The notes beneath the pieces are model-generated. The model saw nothing but the letters and a program-made list of their open reading frames with translations. It searched no databases and had not been told where the DNA came from. From an uncultured Bacteroides sp. (GTDB taxonomy: Bacteria > Bacteroidota > Bacteroidia > Bacteroidales > Bacteroidaceae): a stretch of 60,521 bases of DNA. The stretch is from positions 1 through 60,521 of the forward strand of contig CAMWRY010000001.1 of assembly GCA_947176775.1 (NCBI GenBank), in the 5' to 3' direction. Made by a program: the position numbers and the translations under genes. Shown one piece after another: positions 15,714 through 26,500 of the stretch. Each line of letters begins with the position of its first letter. Positions within the stretch are counted from its first letter, which is position 1.

Positions 15714-16574
15714 TCAAAGTTTATACAATCCCTTCTTGGGATAGTCCAGCTCCGGATTGCCCTTGTAGCCCACACTGCCGCTTCCGCTGGTGCGCACTTT
15801 CAGGAAATCCGTGGCGTGGCACTTGATATCGCCCGAACCGGCCACGCTGGCAGACACCTTCCGGGCCACGAAGTCGGAAGCAAACAAGTCGCCCGAACCG
15901 GCTACGTTGTATTCGGCCTCCTGCGTAGTGCCGCTCAGCTTGATGGTACCCGAACCGGCCACGGACGATTTCGCGAAACGAGTCATCACGTTGTGCAGTT
16001 TCGCGTCGCCCGAACCGGCCACGGACACTTTCAGTTCGTCGCAAGCAATGTCGCTACAGTCGATGTCGCCCGAACCGGCAATAGAGATGCCCAGCCCCGT
16101 GCAGGCGATGTTGTCACCGCTGATGTCACCCGAACCGGCTACGGAGATATTGAGTTCATCCGTCTTCAATCCGTTCTTCAGCTCCACGTCGCCCGAACCG
16201 GCCACGGAGATGCCGTTCAGCGTTTCCGAAGAGACGCGCACCTCCAGCTTGTCGTAGGAGACGCTCACGTTTTTCTTAAAGCCTACGTAGAGCGTATTGT
16301 CCTTGACGCGGATGTCCAGCAGGTCCACGATATTGTCCGAGGTGTAGACTTCCACGCCCGGTTTGCCGGACTTCTGCGTGTAGAGCACGTCGGGACTGCC
16401 GGTCACGCTCAGCTTGGTGAAGTCGTCCACCTTAATATTCTTGGTTACATAGTTCTTGCTTGCTTTCACGGTCTTGCTGTTCAAACCGCCGGAGCGGTAG
16501 GTGTGTTGTTGCGAACAAGCGGTCATACTGAATGCCAGTAAGGCGATGGTGATAAATGATGTCAGGGTTTTCAT
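15714..16574 (-). CDS. head GIN domain (DUF2807) beta-helix lipoprotein
   Basis: Lipobox SMTAC; repeated SVAGSGD units; ends GYKGNP. Confidence 0.9.
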   Translation of the reverse strand: MKTLTSFITIALLAFSMTACSQQHTYRSGGLNSKTVKASKNYVTKNIKVDDFTKLSVTGSPDVLYTQKSGKPGVEVYTSDNIVDLLDIRVKDNTLYVGFKKNVSVSYDKLEVRVSSETLNGISVAGSGDVELKNGLKTDELNISVAGSGDISGDNIACTGLGISIAGSGDIDCSDIACDELKVSVAGSGDAKLHNVMTRFAKSSVAGSGTIKLSGTTQEAEYNVAGSGDLFASDFVARKVSASVAGSGDIKCHATDFLKVRTSGSGSVGYKGNPELDYPKKGLYKL

Positions 16575-16603
16575 ATTCTTCTATGATTTTAGTATTTATA
16601 CAT

Positions 16604-16754
16604 AAGACGTAACCTGTCCCGGAAAAGTTGCATACAAAGATGCTTTTTTCTGAAGCCATCCCGGGCACCCTACTTCATTCAACTCCCGTGCCAAAAGCGT
16701 AAAGCATTGATTCCTAACATACACACGTTTTCTCAGGGTGTCCGCTATCGGACA
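16604..16754 (-). promoter_or_regulatory. stacked ECF-like and sigma54-like promoters plus enhancer-like palindrome
   Basis: On -: TGCAAC-17 nt-CGTCTT (16604-16632) and TGGCAC-GGGAG-TTGAA (16678-16693); palindrome TGTCCG-CTAT-CGGACA (16739-16754). Confidence 0.55.
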
Positions 16755-16847
16755 CTCTGTTCGCTTTTGCAGAATGTTTGCCTGCGATTATGAAACGTTC
16801 ACTTGCTTTTCCGGACAATTCTTCGTTCTTTTGTCCGGTAGTTATAA

Positions 16848-17561
16848 ATGCGAATGAATACTATACATACATTGGAAGACAAGGAACTGGGCATACTGTT
16901 TATCCGGATGAACACCCGTGCACGCCGCCTTACGTTCCGTACCAAGGAGGATGGCATCCACGTGACCGTCCCTCCCCGAACCTCCCTGGCCGAGGTGGAA
17001 AGAGCCATCGAGGAACTCCGTCCGCGCCTGAAAGCGGCCCGGCAGAAACAACCCCCAAAAAGAGTGATCGACCTGAATTATCGCATCGATACGGAATTCT
17101 TCAAGCTGACCTTGGTGAGCGGACAGCGCGAACGCTTCCTCTCCCGTTCCGAGCTGGGCGAGATGCAGATTGTATGCCCACCGGATGCCGACTTCGCGGA
17201 CGAGAAACTGCAAGCCTGGCTGCGCAAGGTGATCGAAGAGGCGTTGCGGCGCAATGCCAAGATTATCCTGCCGCCCCGTCTCTACATGCTCTCCCTGCAA
17301 CACGGGCTGCCCTACGAAAGTGTGAAGATAAACTCCAGCAGCGGACGTTGGGGAAGCTGTTCGGCACAAGGCAATATCAACCTTTCCTACTACCTCGTCC
17401 TTCTTCCCCCACATCTGATAGACTATGTGCTGCTGCACGAACTGGCGCATACGCGCGAGATGAACCACGGAGAACGCTTCTGGGCCTTGCTCGACCGGCT
17501 GACCGGCGGAAAAGCCCGGAAGCTGCAAGACGAGCTGAAGGGCTACCGTACCGATTTCTAA
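16848..17561 (+). CDS. YgjP-like (DUF45) zinc metallohydrolase
   Basis: RWGSCS, IDYVLLHELAH, NHGERFW. The start may be 16854. Confidence 0.9.
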   Translation: MRMNTIHTLEDKELGILFIRMNTRARRLTFRTKEDGIHVTVPPRTSLAEVERAIEELRPRLKAARQKQPPKRVIDLNYRIDTEFFKLTLVSGQRERFLSRSELGEMQIVCPPDADFADEKLQAWLRKVIEEALRRNAKIILPPRLYMLSLQHGLPYESVKINSSSGRWGSCSAQGNINLSYYLVLLPPHLIDYVLLHELAHTREMNHGERFWALLDRLTGGKARKLQDELKGYRTDF

Positions 17562-17587
17562 GCCACTTCAGCCGCCTCCGAAAAGTT

Positions 17588-19393
17588 TCATTCCTCGTAC
17601 ATGCTGTCAATCAGCTTCTTGTAGTTCTTTGCCACCACCACACGCTTCAGCTTCAGCGTATTCGTCAGCTCGCCGCGCTCCATGCTGAAAGGCTCGGGCA
17701 GCAGCGTGAAGCGCTTCACCTGCTCGTAGTGGGCAAACTGCTGCTGCAACGTGTCGATGCGCGCCCGGAACAGTGCCTGCACCTTGGGATGTTGCAGCAA
17801 CTCCTCCATGCTGCCATAGGCGATGCCCTTCTCCCGGGCATACTCCTTCACCAAGCCATAGACGGGCACAATCAGCGCCGAAACAAACTTGCGTCGGTCG
17901 GCAATAATGGATATCTGGTCGATGTAGCGGTCGATGGCCAGCTTCGTTTCCAACGCCTGCGGACAGATATACTTGCCGTTGGAGGTCTTGAAGAGGTCCT
18001 TGATGCGGTCGGTCAGGTAAATCGTGTTCCCCTCTATGCGGCCGGCGTCGCCGGTATGAAACCAGCCGTCGGCATCAATCGCGGCGGCCGTGGCCTCCGC
18101 CTTCTTATAGTAGCCCGGGGTGATGGTCTTTCCACGGAGCAGGATTTCATTGTCCTCACCGATTTTCGCCTCCAGGTCGGGCATAATCTCTCCTACCGAA
18201 CCTATCACAAAATTCTTGGGAAGGAAACAGGATACCGTGGCAGTCGTCTCCGTCAGCCCGTAGCCCACCACCATGTTGATGCCCACCGAGTGTACAAACT
18301 CGCACACCTCATCGGGCACGGCCGCTCCTGCCGTGGGGAAGAAGGTACCGTTCTCTATGCCGATGGTCTTTTTGAGCAGGGCATACACGGTCTTCTCGTA
18401 GAACTTGTACTTCAGGTGCAGCATCAGGGGCGGCGTCTTTCCTTGGCGCAGATATTCCAGGTTGTGCACCCGTCCCACCTTGATGGCATCCAGCATCATG
18501 GCCTTCTTCAGGCCCGTCTCCTGCTCGATGCGCTCCTGCACGCCCTGGTAGACTTTCTCCCAGAAGCGAGGCACGCTGCACATCACCGTAGGGCGGATCT
18601 CCTTGATGGTGGTCTGTATGTCCTGCGGACGCAGGTTGACGCAGATTTGCGCTCCACGCTGCAAGCAGACGTAGGCCCATCCGCGCTCGAAGACGTGGGT
18701 CAAGGGCAGGAAGTTCATCGAAACATCCTTGTCGGTCAGCGTAGGGATGCGGATTTCGTGTGTGCGGAAGGCCTCCATGTAGTTGTAATGCATCAGCATC
18801 ACGCCCTTCGGCTCGCCGGTGGTGCCGGAGGTATAGAGTATGTTGGCCAGGTCATCGTCCGAAGCGGCTGCCGTGCGTGCTTCTACCACGTCGTTGTGAC
18901 GCAGCTCGGCATCCATGGCCAGGAATTCGTCGAAATAGATGGAAGTCGTGTCGCGAGGGTCCTTCACCACGGCACGGTCGAAGATGATGAGCTGCCGCAG
19001 GGAGGGACAGAAGCCGAATACGCTGAAGGCAGCATCATACTGGAACTGCTCGCCCACAAACAGATAGCGTATCTGTGCATCGTTGACGATATATTGTGCT
19101 TGTGCCGGAGAGCTGGTAGCATACAGGGGGATGGTCACCGCCCGGTTGGCAAACGCCCCGAAGTCGGCAAAGAAGCATTCCGGTTTGTTTTGCGAGAAGA
19201 TACCGATGTTTTCTTGCGGCTCTATGCCCAGAGCCACCATGGCGTTGGCCGTCTGCCGCACCGTCCGTGCGAACTTGTTCCAAGAGATGGGAATCCATCG
19301 TGCAGTTGCATAATCCCTGTACTTCAGGGCCACTTTGTCTCCATACTTCTCTGCCTGGCGATGCACCAAGACAGACAAATGATGATAAATCAT
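17588..19393 (-). CDS. long-chain fatty acid-CoA ligase
   Basis: YTSGTTGEPKG, GYGLTET, FHTGDAG, RIKDLFKTSNGK, LTNTLKLKR. Confidence 0.95.
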   Translation of the reverse strand: MIYHHLSVLVHRQAEKYGDKVALKYRDYATARWIPISWNKFARTVRQTANAMVALGIEPQENIGIFSQNKPECFFADFGAFANRAVTIPLYATSSPAQAQYIVNDAQIRYLFVGEQFQYDAAFSVFGFCPSLRQLIIFDRAVVKDPRDTTSIYFDEFLAMDAELRHNDVVEARTAAASDDDLANILYTSGTTGEPKGVMLMHYNYMEAFRTHEIRIPTLTDKDVSMNFLPLTHVFERGWAYVCLQRGAQICVNLRPQDIQTTIKEIRPTVMCSVPRFWEKVYQGVQERIEQETGLKKAMMLDAIKVGRVHNLEYLRQGKTPPLMLHLKYKFYEKTVYALLKKTIGIENGTFFPTAGAAVPDEVCEFVHSVGINMVVGYGLTETTATVSCFLPKNFVIGSVGEIMPDLEAKIGEDNEILLRGKTITPGYYKKAEATAAAIDADGWFHTGDAGRIEGNTIYLTDRIKDLFKTSNGKYICPQALETKLAIDRYIDQISIIADRRKFVSALIVPVYGLVKEYAREKGIAYGSMEELLQHPKVQALFRARIDTLQQQFAHYEQVKRFTLLPEPFSMERGELTNTLKLKRVVVAKNYKKLIDSMYEE

Positions 19394-19505
19394 AACTCTT
19401 TATATTGGTAAATACGGCACAAAGGTAATGGTTTCATTTGAAACTACTTCCAACAACCGGCTAAATCTTTGAAAAAAAGGCATCTTCTCTTATCTGCCAT
19501 TCCGG

Positions 19506-20678
19506 TTATTTACCGGCACGTATCACGATATCTTTCAGCACTTTTCCTTCCGTATCGATGACCTTCAGGCGGATGTTCCCATCCTGCAAGTCCAGCCGGG
19601 CGGCACATACGGCGCCTTGCTCCAGCACCGGGAAGGCGTTGCCGTCGGCTCCGCATTCATGGTAATGATAGCGGTGGGTATGCCCCGAAATCAGCAGGTC
19701 CACATTTGCCTTGTTCAGTATCGGCAGGAACTTGCGGATGGCGTCTTCCCAACCGTACCAGGCTTTCTCGTCCTTCCACTCCTGCCCCATCACCATCGGG
19801 AAGTGCGAGAGGATGATGCGATACTTGGCTTTCTTGTACTCCTTGGAGCCGACCACGGACTTGAGCCATTCGGCCTGTTCGGTGCGGTAGGCGTCATAGT
19901 CGGTCAGTCCGGCATACACCCAGTGATTCTCGGCCTTGTCCTCGCCGCTGTCCAGCATGACAATCATCACGTCGCCCAGCAGATAGGAGCCATAAATCTT
20001 TCCGTCGCGCTTGGGGAAATAGGAGGAGTAGGTACGTGCCAGGTTGCCGCGCGTCTCATGGTTGCCCCTCACTACCTCGAAGGGGATGGACGAGGCGAAC
20101 AGCTTGACGCTGGTGTCGATGAACGAGGTGAACGGAGCTTCCGGATTATCAATATAGTTCATCATATCGCCCACATAGAAGAAGGCATCGCACGTCTTGT
20201 AGTCGGCCAGCGACAGCAGTTTCTCCAGTTTCCGGGGATTGCTGTGCATGTCGCTGGTGATGAAGATGGAGCCTCCCTGCTTGCGTGGTTCGATGGTGGA
20301 GAAGGTGTGCCACTCTGTAGCGATGCTGTCGCCATAGACCACCTTGTAGGGCTGGAAGCTGCGCATCTCCTTGGAGATGATGCGATAATCGTATCTCGTG
20401 CCGGGTTTCAGCTGTTCCACCCGGACGGAGCTGAAGGTGTTCCAGGCCTCTTTCAGCCCGTCCTTCGAGTTGTAGTGCCTCACCGCTTCGGCTTCCGGCG
20501 CATCGTGCGGCTTCAACTCCACCCAGGAGAAGGCTTTCTGGGAGGTGGTGAATACAACGGTGGCTCCGTCTTGGGTGACTTCTTGCAGGTAGGGGCCGTG
20601 ATTGACTTGGAAGGCGGATTGGGCTGATGCCCCGAGAAGGGAACAGGTCATAAGTAGGGATATTACAATTTTCTTCAT
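19506..20678 (-). CDS. exported FN3 + calcineurin-like metallophosphoesterase
   Basis: Signal peptide; HGPYLQ; motifs SDMH, GD, RGNHE, SH, SGHTH. Confidence 0.9.
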   Translation of the reverse strand: MKKIVISLLMTCSLLGASAQSAFQVNHGPYLQEVTQDGATVVFTTSQKAFSWVELKPHDAPEAEAVRHYNSKDGLKEAWNTFSSVRVEQLKPGTRYDYRIISKEMRSFQPYKVVYGDSIATEWHTFSTIEPRKQGGSIFITSDMHSNPRKLEKLLSLADYKTCDAFFYVGDMMNYIDNPEAPFTSFIDTSVKLFASSIPFEVVRGNHETRGNLARTYSSYFPKRDGKIYGSYLLGDVMIVMLDSGEDKAENHWVYAGLTDYDAYRTEQAEWLKSVVGSKEYKKAKYRIILSHFPMVMGQEWKDEKAWYGWEDAIRKFLPILNKANVDLLISGHTHRYHYHECGADGNAFPVLEQGAVCAARLDLQDGNIRLKVIDTEGKVLKDIVIRAGK

Positions 20679-20829
20679 AACAGTTATGTTTTATAATCAG
20701 ACGTTCTGGGTGATATGGCAAACCGACATAAATGGGTTTCATTCATGCCGGTTGCCGTTCGTTAGAAATTCATATAAGATTGATAGATTGAGGTTAGTTT
20801 GTGGAACATCGAGTCACTCTTTACGTTCA

Positions 20830-21681
20830 TCAGATTTTCTCGTATGCCTTGAAGTAAGATACTTGGGCATGTTTGCCGTTGGTTTCCGTTATCACCATCT
20901 TGACATAACGGGCCTTAACAGGCTCGGCCAAGCTGATTTCTTCGTAAGGAGGAATCAGCGGACTTGTGCTGCCCTCTACGACCGTACCGTCGGGAGCCGT
21001 CCAAGGCAGGTCGAAAGAGAATTCGCCCACTTTGGAGAAGTTCTCATTGTCCACACTGGTATAGATATCCATGTGCTTCACCGTGCCATAGTTATTACCG
21101 TTCTTGGCATAGTGCCTTCTACCGATTTGGAACATGTGACATTCCAGTTCTTCCTTCATGTCTACGGTAATATGCCACGGAGCTTCTATGAAGCTGGGCG
21201 AATACTGGTCGTGCCAATAGGTGGTCCGGTCGTCATTGAACAGGCTGGGATATCCGCCCCCGTCGCTTGCCTGGCAAGAGTTGCCGGTAGCCGTCCACTT
21301 GGTCCAGTCGTACTCTAAGTACTGCTGTCCTTCGAACTTCTGAAGCACCGTGAAAGTAGTCTCGCGATAACCGCAACGGGCCTTCACCTGGGCCGTGCGG
21401 AAAGAGGCTCCCGTATTGGCCTGTGTAGCCGTGACGCGAATCTCCTTGCCGCTGGCACTTACCGAACACCATTCGGCCGCCTCTTCGTCCACCGTCAAGG
21501 TGATGGGCGACTTGATGTCCGTATCTGCCGTCAAGGTGACCGTAGAATTGAGCGATGCTTCTACTACCGCACGCTCTATCACGATGTAGCCTACATAGGG
21601 CTGCTCCATCTCTTCGCAACTCTGAATGAGAAACGCCAAGAAGAATAGTATAAAATAGAATGTTCTTTTCATTGCTTTCAT
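20830..21681 (-). CDS. surface lipoprotein with BACON-like and discoidin (F5/8 type C) domains
   Basis: Lipobox IQSC; W..V..NTG..R..V.Q BACON pattern; TYWH, ITVDM, KARYVKMVI. Confidence 0.8.
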   Translation of the reverse strand: MKAMKRTFYFILFFLAFLIQSCEEMEQPYVGYIVIERAVVEASLNSTVTLTADTDIKSPITLTVDEEAAEWCSVSASGKEIRVTATQANTGASFRTAQVKARCGYRETTFTVLQKFEGQQYLEYDWTKWTATGNSCQASDGGGYPSLFNDDRTTYWHDQYSPSFIEAPWHITVDMKEELECHMFQIGRRHYAKNGNNYGTVKHMDIYTSVDNENFSKVGEFSFDLPWTAPDGTVVEGSTSPLIPPYEEISLAEPVKARYVKMVITETNGKHAQVSYFKAYEKI

Positions 21682-21715
21682 GATTAAATCGGTTCGTTAT
21701 CTGATAAATGAGTAA

Positions 21716-23497
21716 TTAAGGATTCTGCTCCAGCTTATAAGGATAGGCATCATACTGTGCTTGCGGAATGAACTGGCAGACTGCCGGAGAATTGTAAGGA
21801 ACTTCCATGAACTTGTCGCCGGCAGATGTGGCATGAGAACCCGGGTATCTTCTGTCCAACGTTCCACGCTTGCGGAACACATCGAAACGGCGAAGTCCTT
21901 CCAGCGCAAACTCCAGTCGGCGCTCTTCTTCTACAATTGTCTTGATGTCTTTCGGCTCGCCGGCCTCGGCTGTCTTCATGTTTTCAACGGTCCACTCCGG
22001 AATACCTGCCCGGCGGCGGATGATGTTCACGTCGTCCAGAGCCAACTGAACCTCACCTTTCTCCGCATTGGCCTCGGCACGAATCAAGTACATCTCCGCC
22101 AAACGGGAAATGACGGGCGAGTAAAGCCACTTGTACTCCTCTTGATAGGAATTCTTATTGTAGGCATACACCAGATACTGCGACATCTTGCCATGCTTGG
22201 TAGCTGCGTCAAACACCTTCGGCTCGATGCGGCCGATGTACTTCGTGCCGTCGCTGCCCAAAACATAGTAGCGCTTTCCTAAATTGTAAGGCTCGCTCTG
22301 GATGTATTTGCTTTGGAAGCTACCGGCCTGATTGTCTGCAATGACAAACTGCCCGTCCTCTTTGGTTATATTCAGCTGCGTATATTTATAGCCGGCAGCC
22401 TTGGCCTCTTTCTCGCTATAGACGAATGTCCAGTTCTCGTACCTCTTATCCGGATAGCCATACACGGTAAAGTCCTTGACGCCATCTTCTACAAAGCGTT
22501 TCACCACATACTTGCTGCGGAGGTCGAGCGGCATATCATTTTCATCCAGATGAAGTTCCAACAACCTTAAATAGGGGTCGGATACAGCAATCTCTTCCAA
22601 ACCGCTTCCGTCTATCTTGATGAACTTATTTCCTATACCGGTATCCTTGTCTTTCTCCTTCACATGGCGGATGGCAAAGATGGTCTCCTTGTTGTCCTCG
22701 GGCAACCATTGTGCATACTTGGCGTAGCGTTCGCCCTGCTCCAGGGCGAAACGGCCGGACTTGATGACATTATCCGCCATAACATAGGCATTCCCGTAGT
22801 CGCCCATGTAGAGATATACTCGGGCCAACAATGCTTCGGCAGCCTCTTTGGTGGCAAAATTGTTGTTCTTCGGAGTGAAACCGGCAGGCAGAGTCATGTC
22901 TACAATGGCATCTTGCAGGTCCTTTACAATCTGGTCGTACACCTCGGCCACCGTGGACCGGCTCTTGGGCAGGCTCATCACATCCGGATTGCTGTCCAGC
23001 TTCAAGGGCAATCCCGGATTGCTCTGCGGATTATTGGAATAGGGCTGGGCAAATTCATTGACCAGATAGAAGTAGCACAATGCACGCAAATAATGGTTCT
23101 CGCCTCTACGGATGATGTTCTCCCGGGAAGCGTTCTCGCCCAAGTCGTTGACCAGTTCAATCACCAGATTGGCGTTGCCAATGGCGCGGTATCCCAACTC
23201 CCAGGTATATTCCGTGTTGGAAGTGGCAATGTCACGGGTATAGTCGTAAATCTTGAATGTACTGCCATTGGAAGTACCGGTCCAGGAAACATCGTCCGAG
23301 CCCAACTCACGAAAGGCAAAGCCATAATTCACCACACCGCTTCCCTTCATGTGGCGATAACTGCCAAACGTAAGTTCGGCTATATTTTCCGAAGAGATGT
23401 CTTCGCTCATCACACCATCATACATCTTCACGTCCAGACTGCATCCGGTCATTGCTACCGACAAGCTTAATGCGCTTACTATATTTTTCAATTTCAT
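21716..23497 (-). CDS. SusD/RagB family lipoprotein
   Basis: Lipobox MTGC; LRALCYFYLV, ALLARVYLY, RLAEMYLIRAEA, ERRLEFALEG.R, ends QNP. Confidence 0.96.
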   Translation of the reverse strand: MKLKNIVSALSLSVAMTGCSLDVKMYDGVMSEDISSENIAELTFGSYRHMKGSGVVNYGFAFRELGSDDVSWTGTSNGSTFKIYDYTRDIATSNTEYTWELGYRAIGNANLVIELVNDLGENASRENIIRRGENHYLRALCYFYLVNEFAQPYSNNPQSNPGLPLKLDSNPDVMSLPKSRSTVAEVYDQIVKDLQDAIVDMTLPAGFTPKNNNFATKEAAEALLARVYLYMGDYGNAYVMADNVIKSGRFALEQGERYAKYAQWLPEDNKETIFAIRHVKEKDKDTGIGNKFIKIDGSGLEEIAVSDPYLRLLELHLDENDMPLDLRSKYVVKRFVEDGVKDFTVYGYPDKRYENWTFVYSEKEAKAAGYKYTQLNITKEDGQFVIADNQAGSFQSKYIQSEPYNLGKRYYVLGSDGTKYIGRIEPKVFDAATKHGKMSQYLVYAYNKNSYQEEYKWLYSPVISRLAEMYLIRAEANAEKGEVQLALDDVNIIRRRAGIPEWTVENMKTAEAGEPKDIKTIVEEERRLEFALEGLRRFDVFRKRGTLDRRYPGSHATSAGDKFMEVPYNSPAVCQFIPQAQYDAYPYKLEQNP

Positions 23498-23526
23498 GTT
23501 ATCTGTAGTTTTTAATGGTTTAAGAT

Positions 23527-26500
23527 TTAGAAAGTCACATTCAGTCCCACCGTAAAACGTCTTACACTGGGGTACGCATTTCCCGAGCTGGCCTTACCGT
23601 TGTACGAGGAAGAGTAGAGCACTTCAGGGTCGATGCCCGAGAATTTAGTGACAGTAAACAGGTTCTCTCCACCCAAGTTGATTCTTGCCGTATTCAGGCT
23701 CAAGGGCTTAATCCACCGCGTAGGCAGGCTATACGATACCGAAAGCGACTTCAACTTGAAGTAGTCACCATTCTCCAGATAGCGGGTAGATTCGCCATCG
23801 GCACTGTTGTTGCCACCGGCGATGAGTTGCGGATGGGTAGCCTTGTCGCCCGGCTTCTGCCAGCGGCTCCAACCATCTGCCAGCCTCATCGGCGGCTGAG
23901 AGGTACGGCCTGCATCGCGGTCGAGTGCAGCGGCACGGGCGCTATTGTAAATCTTAGCTCCGGCACTGAAAGTAAAGTTGGCATTCACCGAGAGGCCTTT
24001 CCAAGAGAAATTGGTACCTACGGCACCGTTCACCTTCGGAGTAGGAACAGCATCCAGCAACTGACGGGTAGCCTTATTATAGTCACCGGTCACGCTCTTT
24101 TCTCCGGTCTCGCTATCTACCACGAACCACAACGGACGGCCGGTCATAGTATCCACACCTGCCCATTCGCGCATGTACCAGTTCATATAGGGATAGCCCT
24201 CGGCCGTTGCCTGCGTATAGAGTTCGTCGCCATTAGGCATCTTGGTCACTTTATTCTTATTATACCCCATGTTAAAGGTCAAATCCCAATAGAGGTCTTT
24301 CGTTTTGACGATTTCGGGAGTGATGGAGATTTCAAAACCCTTATTGGTCATGCTGCCATCATTGGCTGTCTGACGGTTGTAACCGCTGACTGCCGGCAAA
24401 TGGCGAAGATAAATCAGGTTCTTGGCCTTACGGTAATATCCATCGACGGTAATGCTCACACGGTCGAACAGGCGTATGTCCAGACCGTAGTCCAAACTGG
24501 CGGTCTCTTCCCAAGAGAGGTTGGGATTACCGGCATAATTGGAGAAGAAGGCAATCTCTTCGGCATACTGCTGGGTAATGTCCAGCTTGGTGGTCCATTC
24601 ATAGGCTCCTCCCGGTTCGTTACCGGAGATACCGTAAGAGAAACGGGGCTTCAGTTCGTTAATGAAAGCAAGCCCTTCCATGAAAGCCTCTTTGTGAAGG
24701 TTCCAGCCGCCACCGACCGACCAGAATGTACCCCAACGCTTGTTAGCACCGAAACGTGAAGAACCGTCACGGCGAACCATCACCTGAAACAGGTATTTGC
24801 TGTCGTAGGTATAATTGGCATTAAAGTAAACCGCCGCATTCTTACGCTCGGACTTGGTACCGCCGGCAGTCTGGTCGCCGGCACCGGCACCAATCACCTC
24901 CGCACCCGAATAGATGTTCTTGGCCTGTCCCCAGTTGCTATAGCTGCGAGCCTCATCATAGTCATAACCCAAGTAAACGTCCATTTCATGGAAGTCGGCA
25001 AAGGTATGGGTCATGTGCAGCATCTGGCTGAAGTAAAGGTGGCGGCTGTTGGCATTGTCGTTACGCACCTTTCCATGGTCGGCACCTTGTCCGTAGTCTT
25101 TGGGGTCGGTATATTGTTCGCTGTAGCTGTTGGTGAAGCTCACCTGATTGTTGGATTCATACTTCAGGAAATCAAGTATTTTATAGTGAAAGCCCAAGTT
25201 GATGTTCATGGAGTTGTTGCGGTTTCTGGTCCAGTGGCGCTGGTAGTAGTTCATGTAGTTATAGCCGCCGTCGGAATACCAGTAATCGCGTGGGTCGGCC
25301 GTAGCAGCATCCTCTTTGAGGGGAAGTCCTTCCTGCCCTGTCTTCAACTCTCCTTTCGAGTTATAGGGAGAATCCCACGGTGTATAGCTGGCATAGCTCA
25401 AGGATTGCTGCTGGTCGAAGGTCTCTCTGTAGCTCAATGCAAGTCCGGCCTTCAGAGTCAGACGGTTGTTCACCACATAGTCCGTATTGGTGCGCAAGGT
25501 CAAGCGGTCGTAATCATACCCCTTGATGGCACCATCCTCCGTATAGTAGTCGGCTGAAATATAGGAACGGATTTTGTCGTTACCATATTTATAAGCCAAG
25601 TTATAGTTTTGAGTCGTAGCCACCTGGGTAGCTTCTTTCCACCAATCGAAATTCTGATTGCGCAGATAGGGCTGAAACCAGTGCTGCTCTTCCAATATGC
25701 CGGCATTTGTGAAAGCCTCTTTCAAGTAGTCGTAGTATTCCGCACCGTTCATCATGCGAAGATTACCGCGTTGCAATTCGGAAAGACCGAACTTCGCACT
25801 GGCCTCGAACGAGGAGGTACCGCTCTTTGCACGCTTCGTTGTCACCTGAATGACACCGTTGGCACCCCGGGAACCGTAAAGCGCAGTAGCCGAACCGTCC
25901 TTCAGTACCGAAATAGATTCGATGTCATTGGGGTTAAGATCTGCCCCCGACGAACCGACCACCCCATCAATCACCCACAAGGGAGACTGATTGCCACGGA
26001 TAGAACCTACGCCACGCACACGAATGCTGACGTCGGAACCCGGCTTACCCGACGTTGGGGTTACTACCACGCCTGCTATTTTACCTTGCAACATACCCGA
26101 TACGTTAGGCGAAGTCACATCTTTCAGTTTATCGGATTTCACCGAACCGATGGCACCGGTAATGGAGCTTTTCTTCACCGTGGTATACCCCACTACCACC
26201 ACCTCATCCAGCAGCTGCGTATCTTCCTTCAAGACAATCAGCATATCCTTGCCCTCCCGGGCCTCGATTTTCTGCGATTGATAACCGATGTAAGACACAA
26301 TCAGTTCATTGGTCTCAGCAATATCCAAAGTAAAGTTACCATCCATATCGGTAATCACGCCATTACCCGTACCCAACTCCATGATGGAAGCGCCGATAAT
26401 GGGTTCCCCGTTCACATCTTTCACAACTCCGGTTATCTTTTGCTTCTTGATGCGGCTCTGTTTGGTCTGCTTGGTAATCTTCTTTATAATGATGTTCTTC

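Noticed and set aside
16778-19411. 877-aa + strand ORF
   Set aside because: Overlaps the YgjP-like gene out of frame and is antisense to the acyl-CoA ligase; no motifs; shadow ORF of high-GC3 coding DNA.
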